This document shows, in pieces, positions 28,309 to 38,275 of a stretch of 64,000 nt of DNA. Under the pieces are notes generated by a model, which saw nothing but the letters and a program-made list of their open reading frames with translations, was not told the DNA's origin and did not search any database. This stretch comes from a bacterium (GTDB lineage Bacteria > Zhuqueibacterota > Zhuqueibacteria > Residuimicrobiales > Krinioviventaceae): assembly GCA_963693055.1 (NCBI GenBank), contig OY843751.1, forward strand, positions 1,718,252-1,782,251, given 5' to 3'. Positions within the stretch are counted from its first letter, which is position 1. Every line of letters starts with the position of its first letter. A program made the translations under genes and the position numbers.

Positions 28309-29919
28309 TTAAAAGGGACTGATTTGAGATTCAGGTTTGCCGGATTGTAAAAATTTTCCGCTTTCATGGATTTTAATGATATTCCAATCTCTTCCATTGC
28401 GTGTTGCAAATGTATATATACTGCCATCATCAGATATTTCTTCAAACGCTCTTGCAACCTGAACAGTATTGATCTGTTCTTTTAATGTTTGCAATACAGC
28501 ATCCGGTACCATATTTTCTTCAACGCCGGTAAATTCTTTACCATTGATTTTTGTATTTGAAGCATTAATTCGTTTTACATTGATGAAACGATTGCCATTG
28601 GCTGCGTTATTAAAGGTACAGTTGTTCAAGGTAATATCAGTCACTGGTGAATTGGGGTATCCCATCAAGAGTAAGCCAAAATTGCTTTTTTCGCAGGTTA
28701 CGTCGCTGACTTTAATGTTTTTGACAGAAGGAGTAAACTCGCCCGCATCTCCATTTTCATAGTAAAAGTTGACTCGGACCACTGCATCAGAAACCTGGCC
28801 GACACGAACATTGCGGAAATAGATATTTTCTACATTACCGCCTCGTAAAGAGTTGGTTTTGATACGCAGCGCGCGTTCCAGATTGGGACTGTCCATTTCA
28901 CAATTTTCAGCAAAAATATTAATTGCTCCACCGGTAATTTCGCTGCCAATTACAACACCACCGTGTCCGTCTTTCATTGTACAATTGCGAACAATTATGT
29001 TTTCGCAAGGTATATTGATTCTGCGTCCATCAGCATTTCGTCCGGATTTTAAAGCGATACAGTCATCACCCGTATCAAAAAAACAGTCTTCTATTAAAAC
29101 ATTTTTACATGATTCAGGGTCACAACCATCGTTGTTTGGACCGTGGCTGTTGATATGAACTCCGCGAACGATAACATTTTCACACAGAACAGGGTGCAGT
29201 TCCCACATGGGAGAGTTGACAATAGTAATACCTTCTATTAATACATTTTTACATCGGTAAGGTTGAACAAATTGTGGACGAAGAAAAGATCCTTTAGGAA
29301 ATACACGTTCAACTACTGGTACATTGTTTTCCGCCCACTGGAACAATATGGAGCGGGTTTCGCGCTGTGAATGTATTCCATCTTTCCAGCCGTAATGAGG
29401 TGCTCCACACATGGGCCACCAATTTTCTTTGTTCGCTTGTCCATTCAGAGTACCTTTACCGGTAATTGCAATATTTTCCTGCTCAAACGCATAAACAAAT
29501 GGGGAATAGTTCATGACTTCAACACCTTCCCAGCGACTGTGCACAACCGGCAGGTATTTTTTAACATCCGGGCTAAAGAGGAGGGTGGCATTCTCTTCAA
29601 GATGCAGATTGACATTGCTTTTCAAGTGAACAGGTCCTGTGAGGTAATCTCCCGCAGGTACCAATACACGTCCGCCGCCAGCGGCATTACATTCGGTTAT
29701 TGCTTTAGATATTGCGTCTGAACAATCGGTTTTGCCATCACCAATTGCGCCAAATTCTGTGATATTGAAATTCTTGTCCTGAAAAACCGGTTCTTTAATC
29801 TGCTCAAGAATTTCCGGCAAAAGGTCCCAGCCGGTTTTGACTTGAGGTTGACAAGAAATCAGCAATCCTGAAATTAGTGTTAATACCAGGATTGTCAATA
29901 ACGGTTTGAGGGTTTTCAT
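28309..29919 (-). CDS. Glycoside hydrolase family 28 exo-polygalacturonase-like, lipoprotein-type signal
   Basis: FGAIGDGKTDCSDAISKAI N-terminal motif, NDGCDPESC and GHGG blocks of GH28. Confidence 0.85.
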   Translation of the reverse strand: MKTLKPLLTILVLTLISGLLISCQPQVKTGWDLLPEILEQIKEPVFQDKNFNITEFGAIGDGKTDCSDAISKAITECNAAGGGRVLVPAGDYLTGPVHLKSNVNLHLEENATLLFSPDVKKYLPVVHSRWEGVEVMNYSPFVYAFEQENIAITGKGTLNGQANKENWWPMCGAPHYGWKDGIHSQRETRSILFQWAENNVPVVERVFPKGSFLRPQFVQPYRCKNVLIEGITIVNSPMWELHPVLCENVIVRGVHINSHGPNNDGCDPESCKNVLIEDCFFDTGDDCIALKSGRNADGRRINIPCENIIVRNCTMKDGHGGVVIGSEITGGAINIFAENCEMDSPNLERALRIKTNSLRGGNVENIYFRNVRVGQVSDAVVRVNFYYENGDAGEFTPSVKNIKVSDVTCEKSNFGLLLMGYPNSPVTDITLNNCTFNNAANGNRFINVKRINASNTKINGKEFTGVEENMVPDAVLQTLKEQINTVQVARAFEEISDDGSIYTFATRNGRDWNIIKIHESGKFLQSGKPESQISPF

Positions 29920-29934
29920 GTTTACTACTCCTTT

Positions 29935-31665
29935 TTAAGATTTAATCTCGCATTTACGCCATTTACGAACCGAGTTTATCAAAAATAATTCTTTGGCTTG
30001 AATTACATCCGATTGATACAAGATCCGCTCTTTTATTTCACCCTTTTTTAACAAATGCTCCCGAAAGGTCCCTGCCAATAATCCGCAAGAAACCGGTGGG
30101 GTATAAAGTATATCGTTTATATTTACTACCAGATTGTGCATGCTGGTTTCTGTAATTTCCCCTTTGTGATTATAAAGCAAAACGTCATCATATTCCTGGT
30201 GTAAATTAATGTATGTATCATAGATTTTTCGGTTTGTCGTTTTGTGGTATAACCAAACCGATGATTTATCAACAGGTTCATTTGCAAAGCAAATACGGGC
30301 CATAGTGTTTGGATCTGCTTCTATCATGAATGATTGTATTTCTACATTACCGACGGAATCAACCAGCAAGCGCACACGTGTAGAATTTTTAAATGATTTA
30401 GCTGATTGGTTCAGCTTTTCAAGTATATATTGGTTGTTGATCTTGAAACCAAAGTAACGGGCAGATTGACGTAAACGTTTAAGGTGTATGTCAAGAAGAA
30501 AAAAGCCCATATGAGGTTGCCATAACAGGGTTTCTAATAAGCGAAAAGGTTCATATTTGTGATTTAATATTTTTGCTTTTAATAGGGATTCTTGAAATTC
30601 ATCATGTGGTTTGGAATCCCAGACAATACCGCTGCCTATATTATAAACGGCTTTACCTGTACTTTTGTTCTGAATTAATGTGCGAATTGCTACATTAAAT
30701 TGTGCTTTTTTATCCGGAGATACATAACCGATGCTTCCGGTATAGATACCACGCGGATAATTTTCCAGTTGATTTATAATGTGCATTGTACTGACTTTGG
30801 GGGCCCCAGTAATGGATGCGCAAGGGAATAGGGCTTTAAATATATCGCTCACTGGTGCAAGCGTTCTAGATTGAACGGTAGATGTCATTTGCCAGACTGT
30901 AGGATACTGTTCTATACTGTAAAGTTTAGGTACGGAAACACTATTTAATTCAGCAATGCGTCCCATATCGTTTCTGATCATATCTACAATCATAACATTT
31001 TCAGCGCGGTTTTTGGTACTGTATTTTAAATTGCGTTTACTTTGAGCATCTTTTAAAGAGTATTTACCACGAGGTGCGGTGCCTTTCATAGGCTTGGAAT
31101 AGAGTCTGGTTCCATCCAGTTTAAAAAATAATTCAGGAGAAGCTGAGCATATTATATGTGTTTCGGTTTCAACCAGCGCTGCATAGGGTGCTTTTTGTGC
31201 ATGGACCATGTGATGGAACAGGGAATAATAACTCCCTTTAAATGTTGAATATAACGGGAATGTAAAATTAACCTGATATGTATTACCCTGTTGAATTTGC
31301 TGTTTTATGGTGTCTATTGCGGAATAATATTGCGATTCGTAAATAGCCGATTGCCATGCTGTGAAAGAATATTCCTTGGTTCCATCAAAAGGTAATTCAG
31401 CAAGTTCCCGGGGTTGTTTAAATAAGCCAAATGTCATTAATGGATATTCAGAAAGTGAATGGACTTTTAAGTGTGGATCAAATGCAGAAGACGCTTCATA
31501 ACCAAGAAAACCCGCAGCCCAAAGGTTTCCATCTTTGATTCGTTTTTCGATATAACAAAGCTGGTCTATTATTGTATTGCTATCAAATGATGAAACTATC
31601 TCGACAGGATCATCAAAAATAAGCCACTTGTTATCAGTATTATTATAAAGATGAATTTTTAACAT
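29935..31665 (-). CDS. pabB: Aminodeoxychorismate synthase component I fused to aminodeoxychorismate lyase (class IV aminotransferase fold)
   Basis: 576 aa; chorismate-binding region (PKGTAPRG, IVDMIRNDMGRI, SITGAPK) followed by a class IV aminotransferase-like C-terminal domain. Confidence 0.8.
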   Translation of the reverse strand: MLKIHLYNNTDNKWLIFDDPVEIVSSFDSNTIIDQLCYIEKRIKDGNLWAAGFLGYEASSAFDPHLKVHSLSEYPLMTFGLFKQPRELAELPFDGTKEYSFTAWQSAIYESQYYSAIDTIKQQIQQGNTYQVNFTFPLYSTFKGSYYSLFHHMVHAQKAPYAALVETETHIICSASPELFFKLDGTRLYSKPMKGTAPRGKYSLKDAQSKRNLKYSTKNRAENVMIVDMIRNDMGRIAELNSVSVPKLYSIEQYPTVWQMTSTVQSRTLAPVSDIFKALFPCASITGAPKVSTMHIINQLENYPRGIYTGSIGYVSPDKKAQFNVAIRTLIQNKSTGKAVYNIGSGIVWDSKPHDEFQESLLKAKILNHKYEPFRLLETLLWQPHMGFFLLDIHLKRLRQSARYFGFKINNQYILEKLNQSAKSFKNSTRVRLLVDSVGNVEIQSFMIEADPNTMARICFANEPVDKSSVWLYHKTTNRKIYDTYINLHQEYDDVLLYNHKGEITETSMHNLVVNINDILYTPPVSCGLLAGTFREHLLKKGEIKERILYQSDVIQAKELFLINSVRKWRKCEIKS

Positions 31666-31675
31666 AAATCAGTGT

Positions 31676-32548
31676 TTGTTTTTAACTCTAATTTTGTTAT
31701 TTTCCATACCCAAAGAAAGGTGTGTTATGGAATTTAAATATAATAAAAAATCTCGTGAAAAACTCATATATAATAACCCGGAAAAATTAAAAATAGCCCG
31801 GGATATGTTGGAACGTTATACCGGTGGTAATCTGTCTGACTTTAAAAAACACATTATTTTAACCAATTTCAACAAATATATGCACGTTTTTGCAGAACGT
31901 TTCAATGCAGAAATTCATACAGGATCAGTAATGTCAGTCATTCATGCTGAAGATGTGAATGTGAGTATGGTGGATTTCAAGATTGGCGCTCCTACTGCTG
32001 CATTGATTATTGAATTGTTGGCCGTACTCGATCCGCAAGCCGTTTTGTTTTTGGGCATGTGTGGCGGATTGCATCCTTCACTTAAGGTTGGTGATTTTAT
32101 TTTACCAATGGCCGCAATACGTGATGAAGGTGTATCTCAGAATTTCATACCCAAGCAAGTACCCAGTTTACCAACCTTTAAAATACAAAAATTTGTAAGT
32201 CAAATGCTGGTAGATGATGGTTATGATTATCGTACCGGTGTGGTCCATACAACAGATTATCGTTTTTGGGAATTTGACCATCGTTTTAAAAAGAAGCTTT
32301 ATGAGGAACGTGCAATTGCAATTGACATGGAATGTGCTGCATTATTTTCGGTTGGCTTTGTAAGCAAAGTACCTATTGGTGCGCTTTTACTGGTGTCTGA
32401 TATGCCTTTAAAAGAGGGCGGGATCAAGACCAAAGCCTCGTCAAAGCAGGTTTTTCATGATTTTACTCAAATCCATATTGATGTGGGTATACGTTCCATG
32501 GTTGATATTCAGGATCGTGGAGAGCATATTCGTCATTATCGCTGGTAG
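31676..32548 (+). CDS. Nucleoside phosphorylase family protein (AMP nucleosidase-like)
   Basis: PNP/UDP-type phosphorylase pattern (GMCGGL, AIDMECAALF); real start probably the internal Met near 31727. Confidence 0.65.
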   Translation: MFLTLILLFSIPKERCVMEFKYNKKSREKLIYNNPEKLKIARDMLERYTGGNLSDFKKHIILTNFNKYMHVFAERFNAEIHTGSVMSVIHAEDVNVSMVDFKIGAPTAALIIELLAVLDPQAVLFLGMCGGLHPSLKVGDFILPMAAIRDEGVSQNFIPKQVPSLPTFKIQKFVSQMLVDDGYDYRTGVVHTTDYRFWEFDHRFKKKLYEERAIAIDMECAALFSVGFVSKVPIGALLLVSDMPLKEGGIKTKASSKQVFHDFTQIHIDVGIRSMVDIQDRGEHIRHYRW

Positions 32549-32550
32549 TT

Positions 32551-33045
32551 TTAATTGTTAGAAATACGACCGCTCATTTGGGTGATATTTACTTTTATAA
32601 TGCATGTTTTTTCCAAAGGACCTTCTTTATAAGTAAAAGGAGGCTCAGTGTATTGTGACATGATTATGTCGAGTGCTTTGATTTTATCCTCTCGATCTGT
32701 AATTAATTCTGCAGCTCCATATCCTACAACACTTTTATAAAAAGATGACCAGCCACAGGCATGATCTGAAGGTAATAGTTCTACATCGCAATCCATTTCA
32801 AAACTCACATTCGAATTTTGATTCAATAAATCAATTTTTTTACCATAATGACCTGTATGAAAATAGAGAGCATTGTCTTTATAGCCAAAATTTAATGGAA
32901 CAATATAAGGGCGATTGTCAACACTCATTGCCAGTCTGCATAGCTGACATTTGCGAATAATTGATTCAATTTCCTGAATATCCTTGACTTCTTTTTCCTT
33001 TTTTCTCATATTAATAATACCTAAAGTTTGTGGTGTTGATTTCAA
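32551..33045 (-). CDS. Pyridoxamine 5'-phosphate oxidase-like family protein
   Basis: 164-aa ORF with PNPOx-like split-barrel pattern; start possibly the internal Met (MRKKEKEV). Confidence 0.65.
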   Translation of the reverse strand: MKSTPQTLGIINMRKKEKEVKDIQEIESIIRKCQLCRLAMSVDNRPYIVPLNFGYKDNALYFHTGHYGKKIDLLNQNSNVSFEMDCDVELLPSDHACGWSSFYKSVVGYGAAELITDREDKIKALDIIMSQYTEPPFTYKEGPLEKTCIIKVNITQMSGRISNN

Positions 33046-33089
33046 GATCTGGGTTTATTTAGGGGTTATTATCATAATTTTATTTTGTT

Positions 33090-33566
33090 TTGAAAAATAG
33101 TGATAAATGTATGGCCAATCAAGAGGAAAGTATAAATCTGCAAAAAAGATTGCTGTTAAACCGGATTCTGACATTGCTGGATGAGTACAAAAAAGAAGGT
33201 AATAAACAAAATATTGCCCTGGTGCTGGAGGTGTGTGGAAGACAATGCGCACAAACCGGTGCTATTCAACTGGCAAATGAATGTGACGGAGATTTGGAAA
33301 AGTTTTTAATAAATCTGGGGCATGTGATTGGTGAAAACAATATTGTGAAATCTGAAAATTGTATTACAATACGCTATGATGAGTGTTATTGTACACTGGT
33401 TGTAGAAAATACCGGATTACCGGAAATCTTGTGTGAATGTTCCTGTGGCTGGGTAAAGGAAATGTTTGAAACAGTCTTGAAAAGGCCAGTCATGGTTGAA
33501 GGAATAGGCTCTATTATACGGGGAGATCCGCAATGTGAATTCAAGATTCACATTGAGAATCAGTAA
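33090..33566 (+). CDS. Cysteine-rich hypothetical protein (possible metal/redox-binding sensor accessory)
   Basis: 158 aa with CGRQC, ECYC and CECSC clusters; 3' end overlaps the convergent PAS kinase gene by 26 bp. Confidence 0.5.
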   Translation: MKNSDKCMANQEESINLQKRLLLNRILTLLDEYKKEGNKQNIALVLEVCGRQCAQTGAIQLANECDGDLEKFLINLGHVIGENNIVKSENCITIRYDECYCTLVVENTGLPEILCECSCGWVKEMFETVLKRPVMVEGIGSIIRGDPQCEFKIHIENQ

Positions 33567-34713
33567 TTGGGAAACCTATTGTTATAATTGTACCCTCGTT
33601 TACCTTACTATCCAATTTAATATATCCATTATGCTCATCAAGAATATTTTTAACAATGGGTAGGCCCAAACCAGTACCTTTTCCTTCTGATTTGGTGGTA
33701 AAGAAGGGATTGAAAATTTTATCTTTAATCTCGTCGGGTATACCCGAGCCTGTATCTGAAAAAGTTATTTCAAAATAACTATTATTATTGCTTTTTTGTG
33801 TGGTAATGGAGAGTTTACCACCGCTTGACATGGCGTGTGCGGCATTGATTTCGAGATTACGAATAACTTGCTCTATAAGATTGCGATCTCCACATACATA
33901 CTGGGTTTCATCATCCAATTGAATGTCAACCTGTACATATTTTAAAACTCCACTCATGATCAAGGTGTCAGTGGTTTGGCTGACAATTTGATTGAGGTCA
34001 AGCGGTTGGAGCCTGGGCTTTGATGGCTTGCTCAAAGATAGCAGGTTTTTACCGTGAAGGGCGACTTTTTCAAGATTGGTTAAAATATATTCGTTGATTT
34101 CTTTAATCTTGTCCGGTTTGTCATAATTTTCCTGCAGCAATTTAGAGTGGATCAGCATGCCGCCAACAAGGTTGTTTAACTCGTGTCCAATGGTTCCTGC
34201 AATAATACCCAGGGTTGCCTGTTTTTCAGTCTGAACTAGTTGGTTGTGGGCTTGTTTTAGTTCTGAAATATCTTTATACATGAGAGATACAGCATCTACT
34301 TTTTTGTTATCATCAAAAATGGGGGATGCTGAAAGCAGTACATTTTTTGGGGTACCTGATTTTGTATAACGAATGGCTTCGAGACTGCGAATGGATTCAC
34401 CATTGAGAACGCGAATTGATAGATTTTCCGCTTCATCCCGAACACTTTCCTGAACCACCAGTATATCAATGTCTTTACCCAGTACTTCTTCTTCAGTGTA
34501 ACCAAAAATATTTGTGGCGCCCATATTCCAGGAAGTAATTTTTTTATCCGGATTGATTGATATAATTGCATCCGCTGCAAATTCAACAATTGATCTGTAG
34601 CGTTGTTCTGATTCGCGAAGATCATTTATCATTTCCCAAACCAGTTTTTCCAAAGTACCGGAAATTGTCTTGATCTGGGATGCGTATTTTATTGCTTTTT
34701 CTTTCTTTTTCAT
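33541..34713 (-). CDS. PAS-domain sensor histidine kinase
   Basis: PAS block, H-box (GTIGHELNNLVGGM) and HATPase motifs (DTGSGIP, GTGLGL). Confidence 0.85.
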   Translation of the reverse strand: MKKKEKAIKYASQIKTISGTLEKLVWEMINDLRESEQRYRSIVEFAADAIISINPDKKITSWNMGATNIFGYTEEEVLGKDIDILVVQESVRDEAENLSIRVLNGESIRSLEAIRYTKSGTPKNVLLSASPIFDDNKKVDAVSLMYKDISELKQAHNQLVQTEKQATLGIIAGTIGHELNNLVGGMLIHSKLLQENYDKPDKIKEINEYILTNLEKVALHGKNLLSLSKPSKPRLQPLDLNQIVSQTTDTLIMSGVLKYVQVDIQLDDETQYVCGDRNLIEQVIRNLEINAAHAMSSGGKLSITTQKSNNNSYFEITFSDTGSGIPDEIKDKIFNPFFTTKSEGKGTGLGLPIVKNILDEHNGYIKLDSKVNEGTIITIGFPITDSQCES

Positions 34714-34949
34714 ATTTCTTTCTTGTAATTCATAGAGTTTTTAATTTAGTGATTTTTATAATTAAATCAAACAATCAACTTTTGTACCTGACAATCCATT
34801 CGTTGTACCCAGAGGTACATTGGGCAGTTTTTAAAGTATGTGATATTTTCTTTAATTTATTGTTTTTATTGTGTTTGGGTCTATCGTTGTGCTTTTGGCA
34901 CCGCTGTTGCTTGATTTATAGTAGAAATCAAAACAAAGGAGATAGAGTC

Positions 34950-35261
34950 ATGAAAAAGATGAATGCGATATTATTGATAACCATGTTTGTATTGGGAATG
35001 GGATTGTTTGCAACATCCACTGCGGCTGTTGTTTATGTACGTAAAGCCCCACCTGCACGAAAGACTGTAATAGTAAAACCTGCCAGGCCTCACCATAATT
35101 CTGTATGGGTTAGCGGACATTGGGGATGGAGAAATGGAGTGCATATATGGGTTGATGGTAAATGGATCAGCTCAAAGAAAGACCATGTTTGGATTGATGG
35201 ACATTGGAAGAAAACCGCCAAAGGGTGGATCTGGGTTGATGGTCATTGGAAAAAAAGATAA
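34950..35261 (+). CDS. Small secreted protein with four WxxGxW repeats
   Basis: Signal peptide then WVSGHW, WVDGKW, WIDGHW, WVDGHW; start set at internal ATG with AAGGAG RBS rather than the ORF-track start at 34680. Confidence 0.65.
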   Translation: MKKMNAILLITMFVLGMGLFATSTAAVVYVRKAPPARKTVIVKPARPHHNSVWVSGHWGWRNGVHIWVDGKWISSKKDHVWIDGHWKKTAKGWIWVDGHWKKR

Positions 35262-35270
35262 TTCTTTATA

Positions 35271-35300
35271 AAAAGCCGCATAGTAAATGCGGCTTTTTTA
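35271..35300. terminator. Bidirectional rho-independent terminator
   Basis: aaaagccgcat-agtaa-atgcggctttttt between convergent WxxGxW and ROK genes. Confidence 0.8.
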
Positions 35301-35303
35301 TGT

Positions 35304-36284
35304 TTATGAATCCAGTGCCTGCCATCCCAAAAATGAAGCTCCAAGTATGGCAGAATCATCTTTGAGTTCAGCAGCAACAATTCGGACATTTCGTGAAGCA
35401 ATATCGAAAGCGTTTTCCTGAGCAACCTTACGAACGTTTTTTACATAGTTTTCACCAAAAGCTTCAACAATACCGCCGCCCAAGACGACAACTTCGGGAT
35501 TGAAAATATTCAATAATGAACCCGTTGCTAATCCAATATAGTGAGACGATCTATCCAAAGCTTCTCTAACTACAGGATCGTTTTCAGAATAGCTTTTAAA
35601 TAACGAACTGCTGCGTATTTTTTCTTTTCTTTTGGGTAATAATTCAAAAATAGAAGATTCTCGTCCGTTAATTTCTTCAATTCTAATATATTTTTCTATG
35701 GCTGTACGGCTTGCAAATGCTTCCAGGCAACCTCTGTTGCCACAACCACACAAGGGTCCATTGGGATCCATGATCATGTGACCCAGTTCACCGGCATTTT
35801 CATTAAATCCATGAAGCAGATTGCCATTGATAATAACGCCTCCGCCAATACCTGTTCCTACAAACAGACCAACCATATGTTTGGCGCCATGACCGGCACC
35901 ATATGCATATTCGCCCAGCAAGCCAACATTACCATCATTATCAATTTTTACCGGTTTTTTTAATGTTTTTTCTAAACGGGATTTTAGCGGTGCATCTTTC
36001 CAGCCCAGGTTTGGTGTCTCAATTACTTTACCCTCAGTTAAATCCAATGGGCCAGGGGAGCCGAGACCAATAGCTCCGATTTGAGATAGTGAAAGCCCCG
36101 CATTTTTGATTGCTTCCATAACGCAGTCAAATATTCTATCTACAACTGTGTTGAATCCTAATTCCCCTTTGGTTCTTGTTTTAGCAGTACTAATAATTTT
36201 TCCTTTTTTGTCAATTACAGCAGAGAAAATTTTAGTAGCGCCCAGATCTACTCCTACAACATATTTGTACTTTTTTGCATCCAT
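35304..36284 (-). CDS. ROK-family sugar kinase (glucokinase / N-acetylglucosamine kinase-like)
   Basis: VGVDLGATK N-terminal ATP motif and CGCGNRGCLE zinc motif of ROK kinases. Confidence 0.85.
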   Translation of the reverse strand: MDAKKYKYVVGVDLGATKIFSAVIDKKGKIISTAKTRTKGELGFNTVVDRIFDCVMEAIKNAGLSLSQIGAIGLGSPGPLDLTEGKVIETPNLGWKDAPLKSRLEKTLKKPVKIDNDGNVGLLGEYAYGAGHGAKHMVGLFVGTGIGGGVIINGNLLHGFNENAGELGHMIMDPNGPLCGCGNRGCLEAFASRTAIEKYIRIEEINGRESSIFELLPKRKEKIRSSSLFKSYSENDPVVREALDRSSHYIGLATGSLLNIFNPEVVVLGGGIVEAFGENYVKNVRKVAQENAFDIASRNVRIVAAELKDDSAILGASFLGWQALDS

Positions 36285-36513
36285 ACATCTGTCCCTGTGT
36301 TGTTTTCAAGTGTCTTAATATAATAAATAAACTCAATATACTCAAACATTTAATATTGAAAAATCTTATGTGCAGAATTGTATATCTATATTATCGGCAT
36401 TTTAACGTAAAATTTATAAAAAAATGGCCTAAAAGTCTAAAAAAAATGAATTAAATAATGATTTTACTTGACATTAGTTCTTTTATAAACTATCTTAAAA
36501 TGAAGTGGTGACT

Positions 36514-36548
36514 TTAGGTGATTGTAGGCATTTTAGCGCTATTTTAGG
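36514..36548 (+). promoter_or_regulatory. Candidate MraZ operator: four direct repeats of TTAGG/GTAGG at about 10-bp spacing just upstream of mraZ
   Basis: actTTAGGtgattGTAGGcatttTAGCgctatttTAGGc ending about 18 bp before the mraZ start; periodic direct repeats are the known MraZ operator layout in E. coli (TGGGN repeats). Confidence 0.4.
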
Positions 36549-36565
36549 CAAAAAAACAAGCAAGA

Positions 36566-37018
36566 GTGGCAATGGCAGGTTTAATTGGAAAATATTCTGT
36601 TTCGCTGGATCCGAAAGGCAGACTGGCAATTCCGTCCAGGCATCGTAGTGCCTTTCCGGAATCGCAGCAAGACAAGATTGTTGTCACTCGAGGACTGCAT
36701 AATTGTGTTACAGGATATTATCAGGAAAGATGGGATGAGTTGATCGAGAACATTGAATCTGCTGATAGGACTTATGCAGAAAAACTTGCAATGCGCCGTG
36801 CGTTTGTTGGTAGTTCTGTTGAAACAGCATTTGATAAGCAGGGGCGAATTACCCTGCCGTCACATTTGATAGAGTTTGCTGGTATGCAGGATTGTTCAGA
36901 GGTTATTGTGATGGGGTGTACCAATTATCTTGAAATCTGGAATCCAAAGGTCTTTGAAGAATATGAAGAGCAGAATGAGCAGTTGTTGCATAAAGTTTTA
37001 AATGAAATAAATATGTAG
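36566..37018 (+). CDS. mraZ: Transcriptional regulator MraZ
   Basis: Two MraZ/SpoVT-AbrB halves (LDPKGRLAIPSRHR ... DKQGRITLPSHL); first gene of the dcw cluster. Confidence 0.9.
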   Translation: MAMAGLIGKYSVSLDPKGRLAIPSRHRSAFPESQQDKIVVTRGLHNCVTGYYQERWDELIENIESADRTYAEKLAMRRAFVGSSVETAFDKQGRITLPSHLIEFAGMQDCSEVIVMGCTNYLEIWNPKVFEEYEEQNEQLLHKVLNEINM

Positions 37019-37028
37019 ATGATGCAAA

Positions 37029-37955
37029 GTGATGGTTGAATATCATATACCGGTACTAGTAGATAAGGTTGTTGAGGCACTTGATGCAGGTAACGCTGAA
37101 ACAATAGTTGATGCTACATTAGGTGATGCCGGATATTTTTTGAAAATTATTGAAAAAATGCCCGGAACGGGTAAGGTAATCGGATTTGATCGGGATACAG
37201 AAGCAATAAATAGAGTTGAGGCCCGGTTAGGTTCTTTGATAAACAGGTTGATGATTGTGCAGGATAATTTTAGGAATATTGGTCCTGCGTTAGACATGCT
37301 TGATGTAGGCAAGGTGGATGGTGTTGTTGCGGATCTGGGTGTTTCCCGGTTGCAGATCAGTGATCCTGAGCGTGGATTTATGTATATGGCTTCCGGCCCT
37401 TTGAAGATGACAATGAATCCTGATGCTGGTTTGGATGCAGAGCAGGTTGTGAATACTTTTGAGCTGAGAGATCTCACCCGGATTTTTAGAGAGTTTGGTG
37501 AAGAGCGGGAGGCGTTTCGTATTGCAAAAGCTATAGTGAGGCAGCGTGAGGGTAAAGTGATCAGGACGACTGATGAGCTGCGAAATGTTATTCAGCGGGT
37601 GGTTGGCAGAAAGTATGAGATTAAGTCGTTTGCCAGAATTTTTCAAGCAATCCGTATCTATGTGAATGATGAGCTGGCAAGTTTGAACGAGTTTTTACCA
37701 GCTGCAACGGATGCATTAAAGAGCGGTGGCAGGTTGGTTATTGTCAGTTATCACAGCCTTGAGGATCGTATAGTGAAACAGTTTATACGTAAACAAGCTG
37801 ATCCTTGCGAGTGTCCCAAAGAGTTACCGCATTGTGTTTGTGGTAAAAGGCCTGTTTTGAAACCTATTGGTAAATTGCTGAAAGCTGATGATGCTGAGAT
37901 TAGATTGAATCCTAGTGCCCGTTCAGCAAGATTGAGAATTGCGGAAAAAATGTGA
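37029..37955 (+). CDS. rsmH: 16S rRNA (cytosine1402-N4)-methyltransferase RsmH (MraW)
   Basis: HIPVLVDKVVEAL...DATLGDAG...SYHSLEDRIVKQF signature. Confidence 0.9.
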   Translation: MMVEYHIPVLVDKVVEALDAGNAETIVDATLGDAGYFLKIIEKMPGTGKVIGFDRDTEAINRVEARLGSLINRLMIVQDNFRNIGPALDMLDVGKVDGVVADLGVSRLQISDPERGFMYMASGPLKMTMNPDAGLDAEQVVNTFELRDLTRIFREFGEEREAFRIAKAIVRQREGKVIRTTDELRNVIQRVVGRKYEIKSFARIFQAIRIYVNDELASLNEFLPAATDALKSGGRLVIVSYHSLEDRIVKQFIRKQADPCECPKELPHCVCGKRPVLKPIGKLLKADDAEIRLNPSARSARLRIAEKM

Positions 37956-37960
37956 GATAG

Positions 37961-38269
37961 ATGGCTGTTACCATAAAAAATAGTGTTAGACGTAAAAGGT
38001 TAATGAAAAAGTATGTAATACATGCTTTTATTGCTTTTTCCGTTTTTAGCCTGGTGAAGGTTTGGCAGAATGTAAGTGTGGGGCAGCTGAATAGACGTAA
38101 TGTTAAAATGAGTCGTGAATTGCAGCAATTGGAATATGAAAAAGCTGTTTTGACAGATAAAGTAGAGACATTGACCCATGTTGACCGGATTGAAAGAATT
38201 GCCAAAGAAAAGTTGGGTTTTGTTCCTGCTGAAAAGATTAATATGAAATTAAATGATGAAGAAAATTAA
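37961..38269 (+). CDS. ftsL: Cell division protein FtsL-like (single TM plus coiled coil)
   Basis: 102 aa, one TM helix then coiled-coil; position between rsmH and ftsI. Confidence 0.7.
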   Translation: MAVTIKNSVRRKRLMKKYVIHAFIAFSVFSLVKVWQNVSVGQLNRRNVKMSRELQQLEYEKAVLTDKVETLTHVDRIERIAKEKLGFVPAEKINMKLNDEEN

Positions 38270-38275
38270 TAATAT

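Noticed and set aside
34680-34949. N-terminal 90-codon extension of the WxxGxW ORF in the ORF track
   Set aside because: The internal ATG has a good AAGGAG RBS and is followed by a signal peptide; the extension overlaps the upstream kinase start region.
36468-36500. TTGACA hexamer upstream of mraZ as a sigma70 -35 element
   Set aside because: No suitably spaced -10 element follows, and Bacteroidota-type promoters use different consensus elements.
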